Assembly (NCBI GenBank): GCA_001662655.1
Contig: KV460218.1
Direction: 5' to 3' (one strand)
Length of the DNA: 64,000 bases
DNA from: Pseudogymnoascus verrucosus
Taxonomy: Eukaryota
The translations under genes and the position numbers were made by a program. Shown piece by piece: positions 1 to 11,060 of the stretch. The notes beneath the pieces are model-generated. The model was not told the origin of the DNA and did not search any database. It was given only the letters and a program-made list of their open reading frames with translations. Position 1 is the stretch's first letter. Each line of letters opens with the position of its first letter.

Positions 1-183
1 CCGCCGAAAGAAGGCCTGCAGTTTTTAAATCTGTTATTTAATCATACCTACTTTGACCACCTTAATTTCTTGCCGTGACATGGAAGCTGAAATGATAATC
101 AGCCATCCTCCCACCACCGCCCTCAAACCATCTACTTTCACACAGAACATCTATATTTAGTCCCCGACATACACATGACTATC

Positions 184-244
184 AAATACGACCATAGACT
201 CAAGAGAATTGGGCATCCCGTCCGCTCTGCCATACACAAGCTTG
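184..244 (+). rRNA. 5S rRNA gene, 5' half only (copy 1), interrupted after CAAGCTTG
   Basis: AAATACGACCATAGACTCAAGAGAATTGGGCATCCCGTCCGCTCTGCCATACACAAGCTTG matches nt 1-61 of fungal 5S rRNA; similarity stops at CAAGCTTG and an element left-end module follows. Confidence 0.85.
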
Positions 245-420
245 TAATCTACTCGCTCTATACTCTCAATCGTGCCAATAGGCATAGCGTGGAATTTGGG
301 CCCCTTGCCGCTTTGAAGGGTAAAGCGAAGGGTGAGCAGGGTGAGCAGTGCGTGAGCAGGGTGAGCATAATGGGGCGAAGTGAACTTTTCGTGTCATTTT
401 CGCGTTACTTTCGCGTTAGA
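245..420 (+). mobile_element. Element left-end module L1 (conserved end motif, GGGTGAGCA array, TTCGCGT repeats)
   Basis: Shares CTCTCAATCGTGCCAATAGGCATAGCGTGGAAT...CCCCTTGCCGC and the GGGTGAGCA tandem array (330-367) with 6000-6194 and, in part, 11725-11897. Confidence 0.75.
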
Positions 421-1847
421 CTGAAGTTTAGCCCTTAGTTTAAAACACCATGTAAGGCATTGCTCTCTTAACCTTTCCCAAGGTGATTCGTCATTGACCG
501 AGCCACGAAAGTAGAGACTCTACGCTTAGCTCGCTCTCACAAAAGTTGTGATCGGCGATTAGCTTGTTGCGGAAGATATTCACAGAGAGGAATAAGAGGC
601 TTCAAGAATTGAACCTACTTACCGCTTCAAATACAACGAGGGAGACATTTCTTACAAGTCCCCATCAATAGACTCGACAAATCTCGGTCATTCTCCTAGC
701 CAAGTGTAACTTCACACGCAACAAACCACATCAACGGTCTCTCGATCTGCTGGAATATTGTTATTCCGTAGCCGCTAATGCGTGGCTATCACATCTCATC
801 ACGAGCGTGAAGAAAACGTGGACTCCAACTATTGGAGCAATTGGAGCCTATGATGAGGAGGTAATACTAGCTATCTCATTACCATGTGGTCCTCTGTTCG
901 TTGGAGCTACGCCATCGTATCACCACCTATGCCGCGCCAACAACGCTCTCTCAAGTCTGACTCGATTCAGTTCTGGGTGGTCTTCATCGAAGAGACTTAG
1001 GTTCCCAGCCCACGGGGAGGTACGAGTCGTCGCAGGCCTACAACGATTAGGCCGTACACTGTAGACATGTGCAATGGACCTAATGACACATGCCTTCGCC
1101 CGCTTCGCTTGGGGGGCGCCGGCGTTGACAGGAGTGCCAGATTTGCCAAAGCGGATAATGCGTAGCGCCTAAATCCCCTAGTTTATACTAGCGGTGCGAA
1201 CCGAAGTCCTACCTTAAGCGGTTACACTCTGCAGGTGCAGCTGAGGGTGGATCGCCGCTGTCGATAAAGTGACTTGCGCAAGTCTCCGCGCGCCTGCCAC
1301 TTGTGGCGTCCTCCTTGTGGTTGGTGTGGTATGATGATTTTGGGGGTTACACAGCAGGAACACGTGCCAGACAACGTCAAAAATCATCGTGGCGAACAAC
1401 AAAATTGAATCTTTTGTTTCTAAGCCTTCCTTCAGCCATCAAGCAGCCTTGCGCCCGCAATCTGATATAGTTGGATTTACCTTCTTGAGCCAGAAAGCAA
1501 GGTTTCGAGGACCAGCTTAATAATCAGATCAAGATTTCCGATCCCGACAATACTCAACGATCGAAGGCCAGCCTTAAAGTATCTATGAGCCTATTCCAGC
1601 TGGTGATCCGAAGCATCAAAATAGGAAAAGATTAATGATAGTTGGCTAGTCTCGCTAAGAAGAAGAGCTGTCTGGCACCATTGCCCACGAGTCTGTTAGT
1701 ATGTAGGATTCGCAAACCCTTATTAATGGAAACACTGCCAAAGGCCCTATCACTAACTATCCCAACATGTTCGCTGTCCCGAAGTCAACTAGCTAAGAAT
1801 ATCAAGGACTAGCCCTTGCTAGACAGCCAGATTGTCCAGTCGTTAGG

Positions 1848-2489
1848 ATGAACCACAATGGCCCAGATAATTATGTTAGAAACCACGCATTGCAGGACTA
1901 CCAGATGCACTTGATGTTGCTTGAGCAGCAAAAGAAAAGAAGATTATTAATGGCAAAAGAAGCTCTTAAAGAGCAAGATACTGCGCTACAGACAATTACT
2001 TCGGTACTGAATCAGCTTAACATCGTACATATCTCTGTCAAAGAGTTGCTAGCAAATCTTCCCACTTATTTTCAAAATATTGAAGATTTCAAGTCATCCA
2101 TTCCCCGAGATATCAAGACTCTACAAGGCTATGAAGAGAAGCTCGATGAGAAGGAAGCCGAAATCAAAGCTTTAGAGAACAGGTACAACGAGCTGATTCA
2201 CATGACGCCAGAAGCCCAGCAAGGAGAGCTACGGCAGGTCAGGGATAAGGCCATGCTCACAATGCAACAAGATCGGGAAGAATTGACGCGAGATAGAGAC
2301 AATACTGTTGAAAAGATAGAAGAAAGGAATGGACGGATTGAAGGGTTGGGGGTGGCGTTGGGGAGGTCCAGGGAGTTGATGCCAGAGCTGATTGAAGACC
2401 TGAAGAAATTGGCTCCGAAATTGCGTGATGTGCAAATGGACAATTCTAATGATAGCACCGGAACGATTAGAGATACCCATAGAGGTTAG
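1848..2489 (+). CDS. Coiled-coil protein with an N-terminal Som1/Flo8-type 'ALQDYQMxLMLLEQQ.K.RL' motif (upstream exons possible)
   Basis: 213-aa ORF; motif NHALQDYQMHLMLLEQQKKRRLLMA followed by heptad-rich charged sequence. Confidence 0.55.
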   Translation: MNHNGPDNYVRNHALQDYQMHLMLLEQQKKRRLLMAKEALKEQDTALQTITSVLNQLNIVHISVKELLANLPTYFQNIEDFKSSIPRDIKTLQGYEEKLDEKEAEIKALENRYNELIHMTPEAQQGELRQVRDKAMLTMQQDREELTRDRDNTVEKIEERNGRIEGLGVALGRSRELMPELIEDLKKLAPKLRDVQMDNSNDSTGTIRDTHRG

Positions 2490-2739
2490 CATGTATTGTG
2501 GCGTTGCTGTGTACGTATTGAGTATCTAACCTTACGAAGAGAGGCATAATTGAGAACCATTTCTCTTTCTATAATTCCCTTGCTAGTCGGAGCAGCGTTT
2601 ATTTGTCTGTATATAACTTCTGTCGCTCCTTATACTGGACTGAGTGTCTGTCAGATGTATCAGGCATATTTGCCGTTGTCTCCTTTATGCGCATATCGAG
2701 CTCTCTGATTTCAGGTCGTGTTTACGCCATGAAAACGTT

Positions 2740-2990
2740 GGCTGAGACACCTTCTAAGCATCTTGCAGTAGCCGCTCTATCTGTTCTAGGCCATTGCAAA
2801 GCATTAGGCATGGAGGTTCTTAGACAGATGGATTATGGAGTATTGAGGGTTGGAATTGCAGATGTCGCATGTGTTGCAACTCGTCGTGTTGGAATACCAG
2901 CAAGCACACCTCCTCTTATATGACGAGCTGATGTTCACGGCGAGGGATATGATCCCGATGCAGTCGTGGAGGTTGAAGGACGACCTCGTC
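2740..2990 (+). pseudogene. Possible decayed fragment of a fungal RecQ-like (DUF3505-associated) helicase gene
   Basis: Disrupted reading ILQ*PLYLF...AIAKH*AWRFLDRWIMEY*GLELQMSHVLQLVVLEYQQAHLLLYDELMF...MQSWRLKDDL resembles my recollection of this family; stops are compatible with TGG>TAG, CAG>TAG and CGA>TGA changes. Confidence 0.35.
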
Positions 2991-3501
2991 GTCTCCAATG
3001 GCACAGCCATTGTCGGTCAACATACCTCGGTATGTCGTATCATGTTGGAACCCACATAGCTCTGCCTCAAAAATGATCACTCACATGTAACTCCAATGGA
3101 AATACGAATCTCATTGTGGGTCTGCCGGACGTAGCGTTGTTTGAACGGATAAAACGACAGAACCTCCACGTTATCAAGGACGGGGGTGAGGTAGGAAATG
3201 ACATATCTACGACAGAATGGAATTAATGTCCGCCACAAGAGTACCTAAACTTAATCCGATGACCCCCCCTTTCGTTAAGTCCCCGACTTTATCTCAAATA
3301 TTTAGATATAACAATCAAGCGATGGGGCAGAACTCAAGCCACCCAATAGCGACGCAGGCACTTGGAATAGGAAGTATCGTATTCACTAAACGCTCAGAAG
3401 GAGCTGTCGGGGCTAAATATCCCCTGTTAAAATAATCACGCAGGCTACCCGTAGTCGCGCTGTGGTTGAACGAAAGTTAAGATACCCTAGCCGCGATAGT
3501 C

Positions 3502-5076
3502 CTATTCACAGGAATAAACATATACAGTACGTTGTGGATGAGCTTTGATGCTAGGGCGAGCAGTGGATGTCATGAGAGTCGTATGTGCATCGCCCATCGG
3601 AATTGTGTCACTTGGAAAAAGGATGACAGAATCCGTCGCTGCGGTAAACACAATATCTGAAGAAAAGTGACCGATAGAAGATTCGTTGTTGGGAGCAATA
3701 GTTGAAATAGTCGATATAATAAAGGATGATGGACTGGGTGTAAGATCGCTCGCAGATGCAGAGGCAGCACTAGTAGGCAGCACAGGAGTGGTAGACGTAG
3801 TGGACGTGCTAGAAATATCAGAAACATCATCGGTATCGCGATGATAAAGCAATGAGCCCCAACCAAGCCCATCATAATGGCCCGAACCCTCGCCCCAAGA
3901 TCCGGCACCGCCTTCAAAGCCGCCCATTGATCTCACGGTATAATTCTTGTATTGTTCTGTCCAAGGCGCATCGACTCCTTTGATCTGGGCGTAATGGGCG
4001 TATAGTAACTCCCACGTTGGCCTATAGGCTCCACGAGACGCACTGCTGATCTCGGAATATGACACGATACCATTGGTATAAGGCACAAATGGCACCTCGT
4101 TGCCTAGGTTATATCGTGCATAGTATTCAGCTCTGTTACAATGTCAGTCGAGTTCTAGATTCTTCCTCGGTGTAACTTGGCCGAAGACGTACCCGAGAAG
4201 AATACGACTGTTATTGTAGCTGTACAGATCCACGCCTTGGTTCCAGGCCTGTTGTGCAATGACGCCAAGCATCTGGAAATCCAATCCCGAATGGCCTTGA
4301 TCGCGACCAGATTCTTGGCCTTGTCCAATTTTTTTCCCGGTTCCGGGCTCGTCAACAATGTCCGTAATACAGTTGTTGATTGCACCATTACCAATCCCAT
4401 TCTTGAAATATTCAACCGCAAAATCAAACAGGGTCGAGTTGTCTGTGAGTACTCCAAAGGCCATAACTGAAGCCATATTGCAAAGTTCCCAATTGGCAAA
4501 GAAATGTCGGACGTTGTGTTCCGAAGGGGCTTTATGATTGAGAAAGTATAGGTTCTTGGCTAGAAAAGTCCTGGAAAACATGTTGGCAAAAGTTTGCATC
4601 TCGCTCTCAGCGAAAGGCGCGTAGTCCCGGATCAGCTCGGCAGCATTGGCCAGCTCATGACCTTGTAGGCCAGCCGTTAGGTATTCGTCGTCCCCAATGT
4701 CAAAGTTCTCCAGAGTCTCTCCCCAGGCGACAAGGATGGCAGCTGCGGCTTTTGCATATTGTTCATCGCCCTCGATTTTCCAACGCAATCCGAGGGCAAA
4801 GGCTGCGGCGGCATCATGCCAGAGGAGCTGAGCATTTGCTATAGCACCGTTTGCAGTGTCACGATAGACGCCCGGCACAGCATTATTTGTATAGGTAGAC
4901 TGAGAATACACCAGACCAGTGAGTTTGACCCACGAGCTCTGCCAAGGGTCTAGCTGTGCAGCAAGCTTCGACTTTATGCGAGTGATGTCTGCATTGTTAA
5001 CCAAGAGCCCGGGATGAACGAAGGCAGATATCAAAGGCAGGAGACCGATGAGTTGTGAAATAAAGATTGAACGCAT
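3502..5076 (-). CDS. Secreted alginate-lyase-family (alpha/alpha toroid, chondroitin AC/alginate lyase-like) protein with Ser/Thr-rich tail; 2 exons
   Basis: Signal peptide MRSIFISQLIGLLPLISA; FVHPGLL start; motifs FFANWELCNMAS and GQGQESGRDQGH; ORFs 4144-5076 and 3502-4095 joined by a GT..AG intron at about 4133-4190. Confidence 0.8.
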
Positions 5077-5938
5077 ATTGAACTACGGAATCAAATTAAG
5101 TTGCAAACGAGTGACCAAATCGAGAGATAAATTGAGGAATAAGGCGCCGTTAAAGAGCGTGGTGAATTTGCGATTGAACAAAGAGAGGTGCAAAAGACTG
5201 GCATCAGAAGGTGAGTACTGGAGTGGCAACAGAACAGGCCTTAAGAAATTGCGTCGATAAATGGCTCCGGGAGCGATCTGCATGTGCAGTGACGCTTTCG
5301 GTAAAGTATATGACATTCCCTGAAATGATTGTTCCGTGTAACGGACCATCCTAAATGTTTCAAGAAGGAGGGTGAGGGACAGGACAGGACATTAGCAACT
5401 CGGTAGGTATGTTGGTCCTGCCAGGTGGGGGTTTCAGAAAGGTCCAGGGTCCAGGGTCCCGGGTCCAGGGTCCTAGCCCGACCCTCTGATAACAATCGAG
5501 GCGCCACGCTACCGTCTTGTTTGCTGCTCACTCAGAACCTAAAAGCAGCTAGCCATTGTTAAATGAGGGCCTAGATGAATGCATCACCGGGCTTCGGGGG
5601 AAATGCCGGACGTAAGAATGTCTAAGTCGAGCGGCGCGCGACGTGTTTCTAGTTGTGCGGCACTAGCAGAGAGAGGATGGAGCCGTTTTAATGACTGCCC
5701 GAGTAAGGCCAACCAAAAAGAATTCGTGGAAAAAACCTTGAAGTAACGGAATTTTTATTAAACGTACACCGGTATACGTATATTGTAACTCGCAACTGCA
5801 CGAATACGGGCTCCACCATACCGGAATCACAATGAAAGGAGACAGCGCAGAGCCTCATCGGGAGGGCATTGAAATTGTAAGGGCAGCCGCGACAGGCATC
5901 AAAACTTGCATATGTGGCTCAACATACAAGTAACTATC

Positions 5939-5999
5939 ACATACGACCATAGACTCAAGAGAATTGGGCATCCCGTCCGCTCTGCCATACACAAGCTTG
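5939..5999 (+). rRNA. 5S rRNA gene, 5' half (copy 2), interrupted at CAAGCTTG (5992-5999)
   Basis: ACATACGACCATAGACTCAAG...CATACACAAGCTTG; joining it to 11340-11397 gives a 119-nt 5S with helix I pairing ACATACGAC/GTTGTATGT. Confidence 0.9.
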
Positions 6000-6194
6000 T
6001 AGTTCAGTGGATTGATGCTCTCAATCGTGCCAATAGGCATAGCGTGGAATCTGTGCCCCTTGCCGCCTTAAGGGGTGAAGCGAGGGTGAGCAGGGTGAGC
6101 CAAGGGGTAAGCAGGGTGAGCAGGGTAAGTGGGGTGAGGCGACGTGACGTTTTCGCGTCAATTTCGTGTCAGTCTCGCGTCAATTTCGTAATAG
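6000..6194 (+). repeat. Element left-end module L2 (TIR, GGGTGAGCA array ~6073-6138, TTCGCGTCAA repeats)
   Basis: Highly similar to 11725-11897 and to 245-420. Confidence 0.8.
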
Positions 6195-6199
6195 TACTA

Positions 6200-6770
6200 G
6201 AGTGTGGCCGTTTTAGCTTAGTACCTTATTTAAGTGCCTTGTTCTTATTTTCTACAATCTACTACGTAGTAGCTACTTAAAGAGTAAGGGTTTCTATAAT
6301 ATATAAGTATATAAAGAAGCATAATATCTAACACTTTAATATTAGAGCTATAGTCTCTATAAAGGTGCCTTAAGAGAATAGAACCTTAACTAATAATAAG
6401 AGGATCTTTATATACATTCTAGAAGAGCCTTACCCTTATAGAGATTAGATTCTTACATACTCTAGTATTATATAACACCTTATACCTATATAATAACTTA
6501 GGGTTATAGAGTAAGCTCTATAGTCTAATATCCTAATTCTTCCTTCTATAAAGTAAGTAATACTAGGGCTTATAGCTAGAGAGGCTTTTATAAGTACATA
6601 GGTTAGAATATTATGCTAATATAAGGGTTAATGTAGTATAAAGAGGAGCTATTGTTATAAGGAAGCAAAGGAGTGTAGCGTATACTATTATAATGACAAC
6701 TATAACTATAGTAATTTATTAGGTCTAGCTACTCGTATAGAAATAGCTCTAGTTAAGAGGCTAAAGCGGA
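6200..6770. other. AT-rich, TpA-enriched, RIP-like degenerate segment
   Basis: Abrupt drop in GC, abundant TA/TAG/TAA, no ORFs. Confidence 0.65.
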
Positions 6771-7160
6771 AGCGGGCAAGAGCAGACACTACTGGAAATG
6801 TAGTATAGAGCAATCAATCTATTTACTATTCTATTATACTACTTTGCGAATGGGCCGGCCACTTAGCCAACTGGCCTACTTAGTGGCAGGGCTAGAACAT
6901 ATGTAACAGCTAGTTGCATTCGAGGGTGCAACTGCAGAAAAGGGAATCATTTATCTAACGAAGCACTCATATCACAGTTAATACGTTTGCAAGGAGTAGC
7001 TTTGCTAAGATGATTAGTCTCTCTCTACCCTCGATGTATTTATTATGCCCCTTCGTAAGAAACGTAAGCTATCTTTCATTCGACGACCCTGTGAGCGAGG
7101 GATTTCAGATGGTCACCGACACGTTTGGTATTGCTTCTATAGTGGGACTAAGACGGATAA

Positions 7161-7221
7161 ACATACAACCATAGACGCATTAGAATTAGGCATCCCGTCC
7201 GCCCTTCCATACACAAGCTAG
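7161..7221 (+). pseudogene. Degenerate 5S rRNA 5' half (copy 3)
   Basis: ACATACAACCATAGACGCATTAGAATTAGGCATCCCGTCCGCCCTTCCATACACAAGCTAG; same break point as copies 1 and 2, with several substitutions. Confidence 0.8.
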
Positions 7222-7290
7222 CAATTGATTGCTTCTTACTTGCTCTCAATTGTGTTAATAGGGTCAGCGTAGGATCTTGGCCCCTTGCTG
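7222..7290 (+). mobile_element. Degenerate element left end L3
   Basis: GCTCTCAATTGTGTTAATAGGGTCAGCGTAGGATCTTGGCCCCTTGC aligns to L2 GCTCTCAATCGTGCCAATAGGCATAGCGTGGAATCTGTGCCCCTTGC with several C>T and G>A changes. Confidence 0.65.
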
Positions 7291-7385
7291 AAGGTACCCT
7301 CTAATTGAGTCCCTCTCACAGTGCTCTAAGTGCAAGAGCTGGCAAGCCCAACTATTATCACGAAAGTTGAGTTTTAAGAAACACT

Positions 7386-9492
7386 TTACTGAGAGCGACG
7401 AGAATTAAGCCACCAATGTGACAATGCTGACAATAGACCCACCCCACCAGCGGCAATAATGAGATTATATCTATTTCCAAGTTAGCAATGCTTCCCTGAA
7501 GTCCCATACCGTGACATACATGCTCCCTATGACATCGATAATAACCGCGATAGCGAGTTCGCGATCTCCCCGGGACAGACCCGCCAATCCGTCTCCCGAG
7601 ATAATAGCCTTGATGTCCTCCAGCCCTAAGCGAGGCAACGCAGCCCCCAGACCCCGAAGGGACCTGTTTAGTAACACCATGTAGCTGATCCCCAGTGCGA
7701 CTAGGGCGCCCATCTCCTGCGCTAGCATAATGAAACCGACGCTCTGTGCCTGGGTGTCGGGTGCCGCGCCGGCAAGGCGTTGTGAGACGGAGAAGGAGAG
7801 CTGCTGGTAAAGGCCGGTGCCGAAGCCGATGAGAATAGAGTAGATGTAGATCCTAGTCGTGCCGCTGGGATTATTAACTGTAGCTGGGGCAGGGCGTCAG
7901 TACATGGTGCCTAATTGGGGTGTATGGAGTAGGCAGTGCGCTTACTGAGAAGGGTGCCGCCTATAAGAACCAGGGCTGCCCCTGTTAGGTAATATATGGA
8001 CGCTGGGATACGAGGGAACTTCGAGAGCGTGTAGCCGCTAAGTAGACAACTTGCTACCAGGAGTATAACTAGTGGCAGGAGTCGCACGCCAGCCATGATG
8101 GCGCTGTCACCCTAGTGTTCTTTAGCTTTGTAGGAAGTAAATGTGCAGGGGTGACCATACCCGTGTCAGCTGGAAGAATAGGGGCAGGTAGTAGATGGGA
8201 ATGAAGACGCCGGCCGAGGCGCAGGCTATGACTGTTAGCACAGTTGAAGCAGCACTTGCGGACTGTCGGTCTAGTTACCAGTAAGCAGGAACAAGATGAC
8301 CTGCCTAGCGGATCTCAGGTACGCGACTGGAAAAATGCGGTTGTTGGGCGAGGTGCATAGGGAGAGCCATTGCACAATGCAGAATGAACAGGAGAACATA
8401 AAAGCTAGCGCAAAGAGAGTGATGACCCTGCCGTGATCCCAAGGGTACGACACACCTCCAAGCGTAATTCCCATGAGAAATGTTGTTAGGGCGCCGCTCT
8501 GGAGAGCCCAACCTAGCCAGTCGATGCTCCAAAAGAGTGTCAGATAAGGTCTGCGGTGTGGTATTTCGGGGTCTTGAATGAGAAAGATGTAAGCTGGCAT
8601 CACCACCGCGCCAATGACCAGGTTGATGTAAAAGGCCTATTCTCAACATTAGAACTTACTAAAAAGCAATAGCGCTAAATATGGTTTCGATAAATATCAT
8701 ACCCATCTCCAAGTTGCAGAACTCGCGGCGAAGCCACCGCCGATGATGGGGCCGAGGACGGTTCCTGCACCCCATGACCACCCTGTCAAGGCGAAATACA
8801 TGGGCCTTTCATTCAAGGAGGTCATGGAGGTAATTAGGGCCATCACACCGAAATAGATACCCGTTCCCTAAACACTTTGATGTTAGTTCAAGAACCCAGA
8901 TCTGTGGGGGAAGTCAAGAAGATCACGTACACCTGCTCCAGCAATTGCCCTCCCAATGATCAACATGTCCATGCTAGTTGCAGCACCGCACAGGGCAGAG
9001 CCTAGCTCAAAGCAAAGCACAGTCTAACGGAAGCCGGTAAGTTAGCAAATATTTAAATAGCCTATAGCAAAAAACGCAATATCCATACCAAGACGAAAAG
9101 CCATTTCTGGCTTACGAGCGTGTAGAGCTTCGACCAGAGTAGTACAAATGCCGTTCCAGTCAGGACATATGCGTTTGGAATCCAACTGAGTTGGTCGATG
9201 GACTTGAATTGCTGGACAATGTGGGGCTGGATGTCGGCGACGATAGTGTTGTCGAGGGCATAGAGGAAGTTACCTACTATTAGGGAGGAGATTATCACGG
9301 CGAAACGGACCTTTGGTTGCGTGTTAGCGGTTTTTGTTGTAATTATGAGGTTTTTAGAGGGTTACGGACAGGTCCTGGCTTTTTGGTAGGCTCCTGTTCT
9401 TGGCTTTCCAGGCTGCGGTCTTCGTCTTCTGCTGAGTTTGCCATTTCTGATATAGTGTCCTGTTTTTCATGTCTAGCGGCGCTTCTTGACAT
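7386..9492 (-). CDS. MFS drug:H+ antiporter (DHA2/14-TM efflux pump), multi-exon
   Basis: Exons read FLYALDNTIVADIQPHIVQQF, LCFELGSALCGAATSMDMLIIGRAIAG, WGAGTVLGPIIGGGFA, IDWLGWAL, AGVRLLPL and YSILIGFGTGLYQQ, all typical of fungal DHA2 pumps; GT..AG introns with CTAAC-type branch sites. Confidence 0.85.
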
Positions 9493-9699
9493 TTATACAC
9501 ATGGTCTAGATGGAGTGAAGTGTTCATTTCCTAACTTTTGTTTGCCATTTTTTATTAGGTAGATGTTTTGTCAACACGCTAAGCTATACTATGAATTAGG
9601 GGAACTCAAAACCAGTTCTCACGACCTAGCACTTCTAGGCGCTTCTAAGCTTTAGGTGCCAAGCCTTTAATATAGATGGAAGGTTAGCATGCTAAGCAT

Positions 9700-9887
9700 T
9701 GTTGAGTCAACATTACGATGTTTTATGAAATTTAATTTTAAAGAAGAGTATGTTGAGTCAACATGGTGATAAGTAATGAGAACGTCGAAAATAAATATCC
9801 GCTAAATTAGTGTGCTGAGCTAATCCGACGAGACGTTTTGAATGGGTACTCATACTAGTTAGCCGATGTTGGCATGTTGAGTCAACA
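9700..9887. promoter_or_regulatory. Three palindromic TGTTGAGTCAACA (AP-1 core TGAGTCA) sites in the divergent promoter
   Basis: Exact copies at 9700-9712, 9751-9763 and 9875-9887; a partial copy TGTTTTGTCAACA lies at 9564-9576. Confidence 0.65.
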
Positions 9888-9960
9888 CGCACAACTTTCT
9901 TTCATCGAACATCATTTCCACGCGTTGCAACACAACTGTCTGAGATAGATAGAAATCGAC

Positions 9961-10915
9961 ATGAACAAGAAGATTACCATACCTACAGCTTTACTAGATA
10001 ACGGTATGTTCTGATTTGTGCTTGTAATATTACCGTTGTGATACCCATCCCTAACATGACACAACTTTAGTTAACCGTCGTCGAGAACAGCTTCGCCAAG
10101 GCCAGCGCGCTCACCGCGAACGCAAAAACAGACGGGTAAAGGATCTCGAAGCACGTGTTAAGGAACTAGAGGCAACCGTGTTGGATCTTGAAAGTCAGCT
10201 TCGATCAGCTCGTACCCTAGAATCCAGCCCGCATTCCCTTAGTGGTATCGTCACCAACGAGAACGTCGCTACTACCCCGCTGTCAACTTATATTCCCCCT
10301 CTGGACTTCGCAGCTCTAGGCGCAATAGAAACCTCTTGTTCTGAGCTCCCATCATTATGTTTATTAGGCGAGAGAGACGTTTCAATCCCCAACTATGACG
10401 TGTCCATGTCTTTGGCAGAGACGACAGAAGCTCAAGATGCACCAACAATACTAGCTACCCTTCCTACAGAGTCTCTAGCTCTTCATCAACGTCTTGAGTA
10501 CCGCACAGTCCAACGAACCTTAGAATACATCCTCACATACGACCTCGCGAGCCTCAACCGTGTGTTTATGTTCCACGTAAACGACCCCAGCATACGGCAT
10601 TCGTACATGCATCCCGAAGCCAGCGAGGCCAACAGACTACTCAGCACTGTTCTTCTACGAGGCTATTTTGCTTTCGAGTGGCCGCCCGTGATCATTCCGT
10701 TGGCGGAAGAGGCGTTAACCAAGCAGGGCAGCTATATGGATGCTCGTCAGGTGGAGAGCTATTTAACGACTTTCAAGGAGGCGTATCCCTTATGTCTGAG
10801 CCTACGAGCGGATGATTTTATAGCGAGTTTGTCTAGGCTAGCAGTGTGTTTTGGTTGGCACGGGCCGTACTTCACAGTTCAGGATGTGGTGGAGTGTGCT
10901 AGGAGGATTAGCTAG
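9961..10915 (+). CDS. bZIP transcription factor (Yap/AP-1-like basic region), 2 exons
   Basis: ATG at 9961, intron GTATGT..TTAG at 10004-10070, then NRRREQLRQGQRAHRERKNRRVKDLEARVKELEATVLDLESQL, in frame with ORF 10178-10915. Confidence 0.85.
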
Positions 10916-11060
10916 TGATGTGTAAATGGTAGTGTCACATGAAATATAATATGCTTATCATTCACGAAGAGCGGCTGTTCACTATAAATGGCTCCATACT
11001 TAAACCGGCTGTTTGCAAAATCTAGACATGGCGGGAGCGTGCCTTTTATACCATTTTCAA

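Noticed and set aside
184..420. 5S-derived SINE (SINE3) interpretation
   Set aside because: The 5S piece stops before the box C region, there is no tail, and a matching right end abuts the complementary 5S 3' half, which favours insertion into 5S. Not formally excluded for the unpaired copies.
175..438. ORFs 175-438, 5906-6280, 10912-11115, 11351-11611 and 11677-11982
   Set aside because: They are translations of 5S halves and element-end repeat arrays, not proteins.
5441..5473. GGTCCAG tandem repeat (also a 15-bp tandem duplication at 12866-12895)
   Set aside because: Short local duplications with no link to other features.
6073..6138. GGGTGAGCA arrays as telomeric or CRISPR repeats
   Set aside because: Not TTAGGG, no unique spacers, eukaryotic context; better explained as subterminal element repeats.
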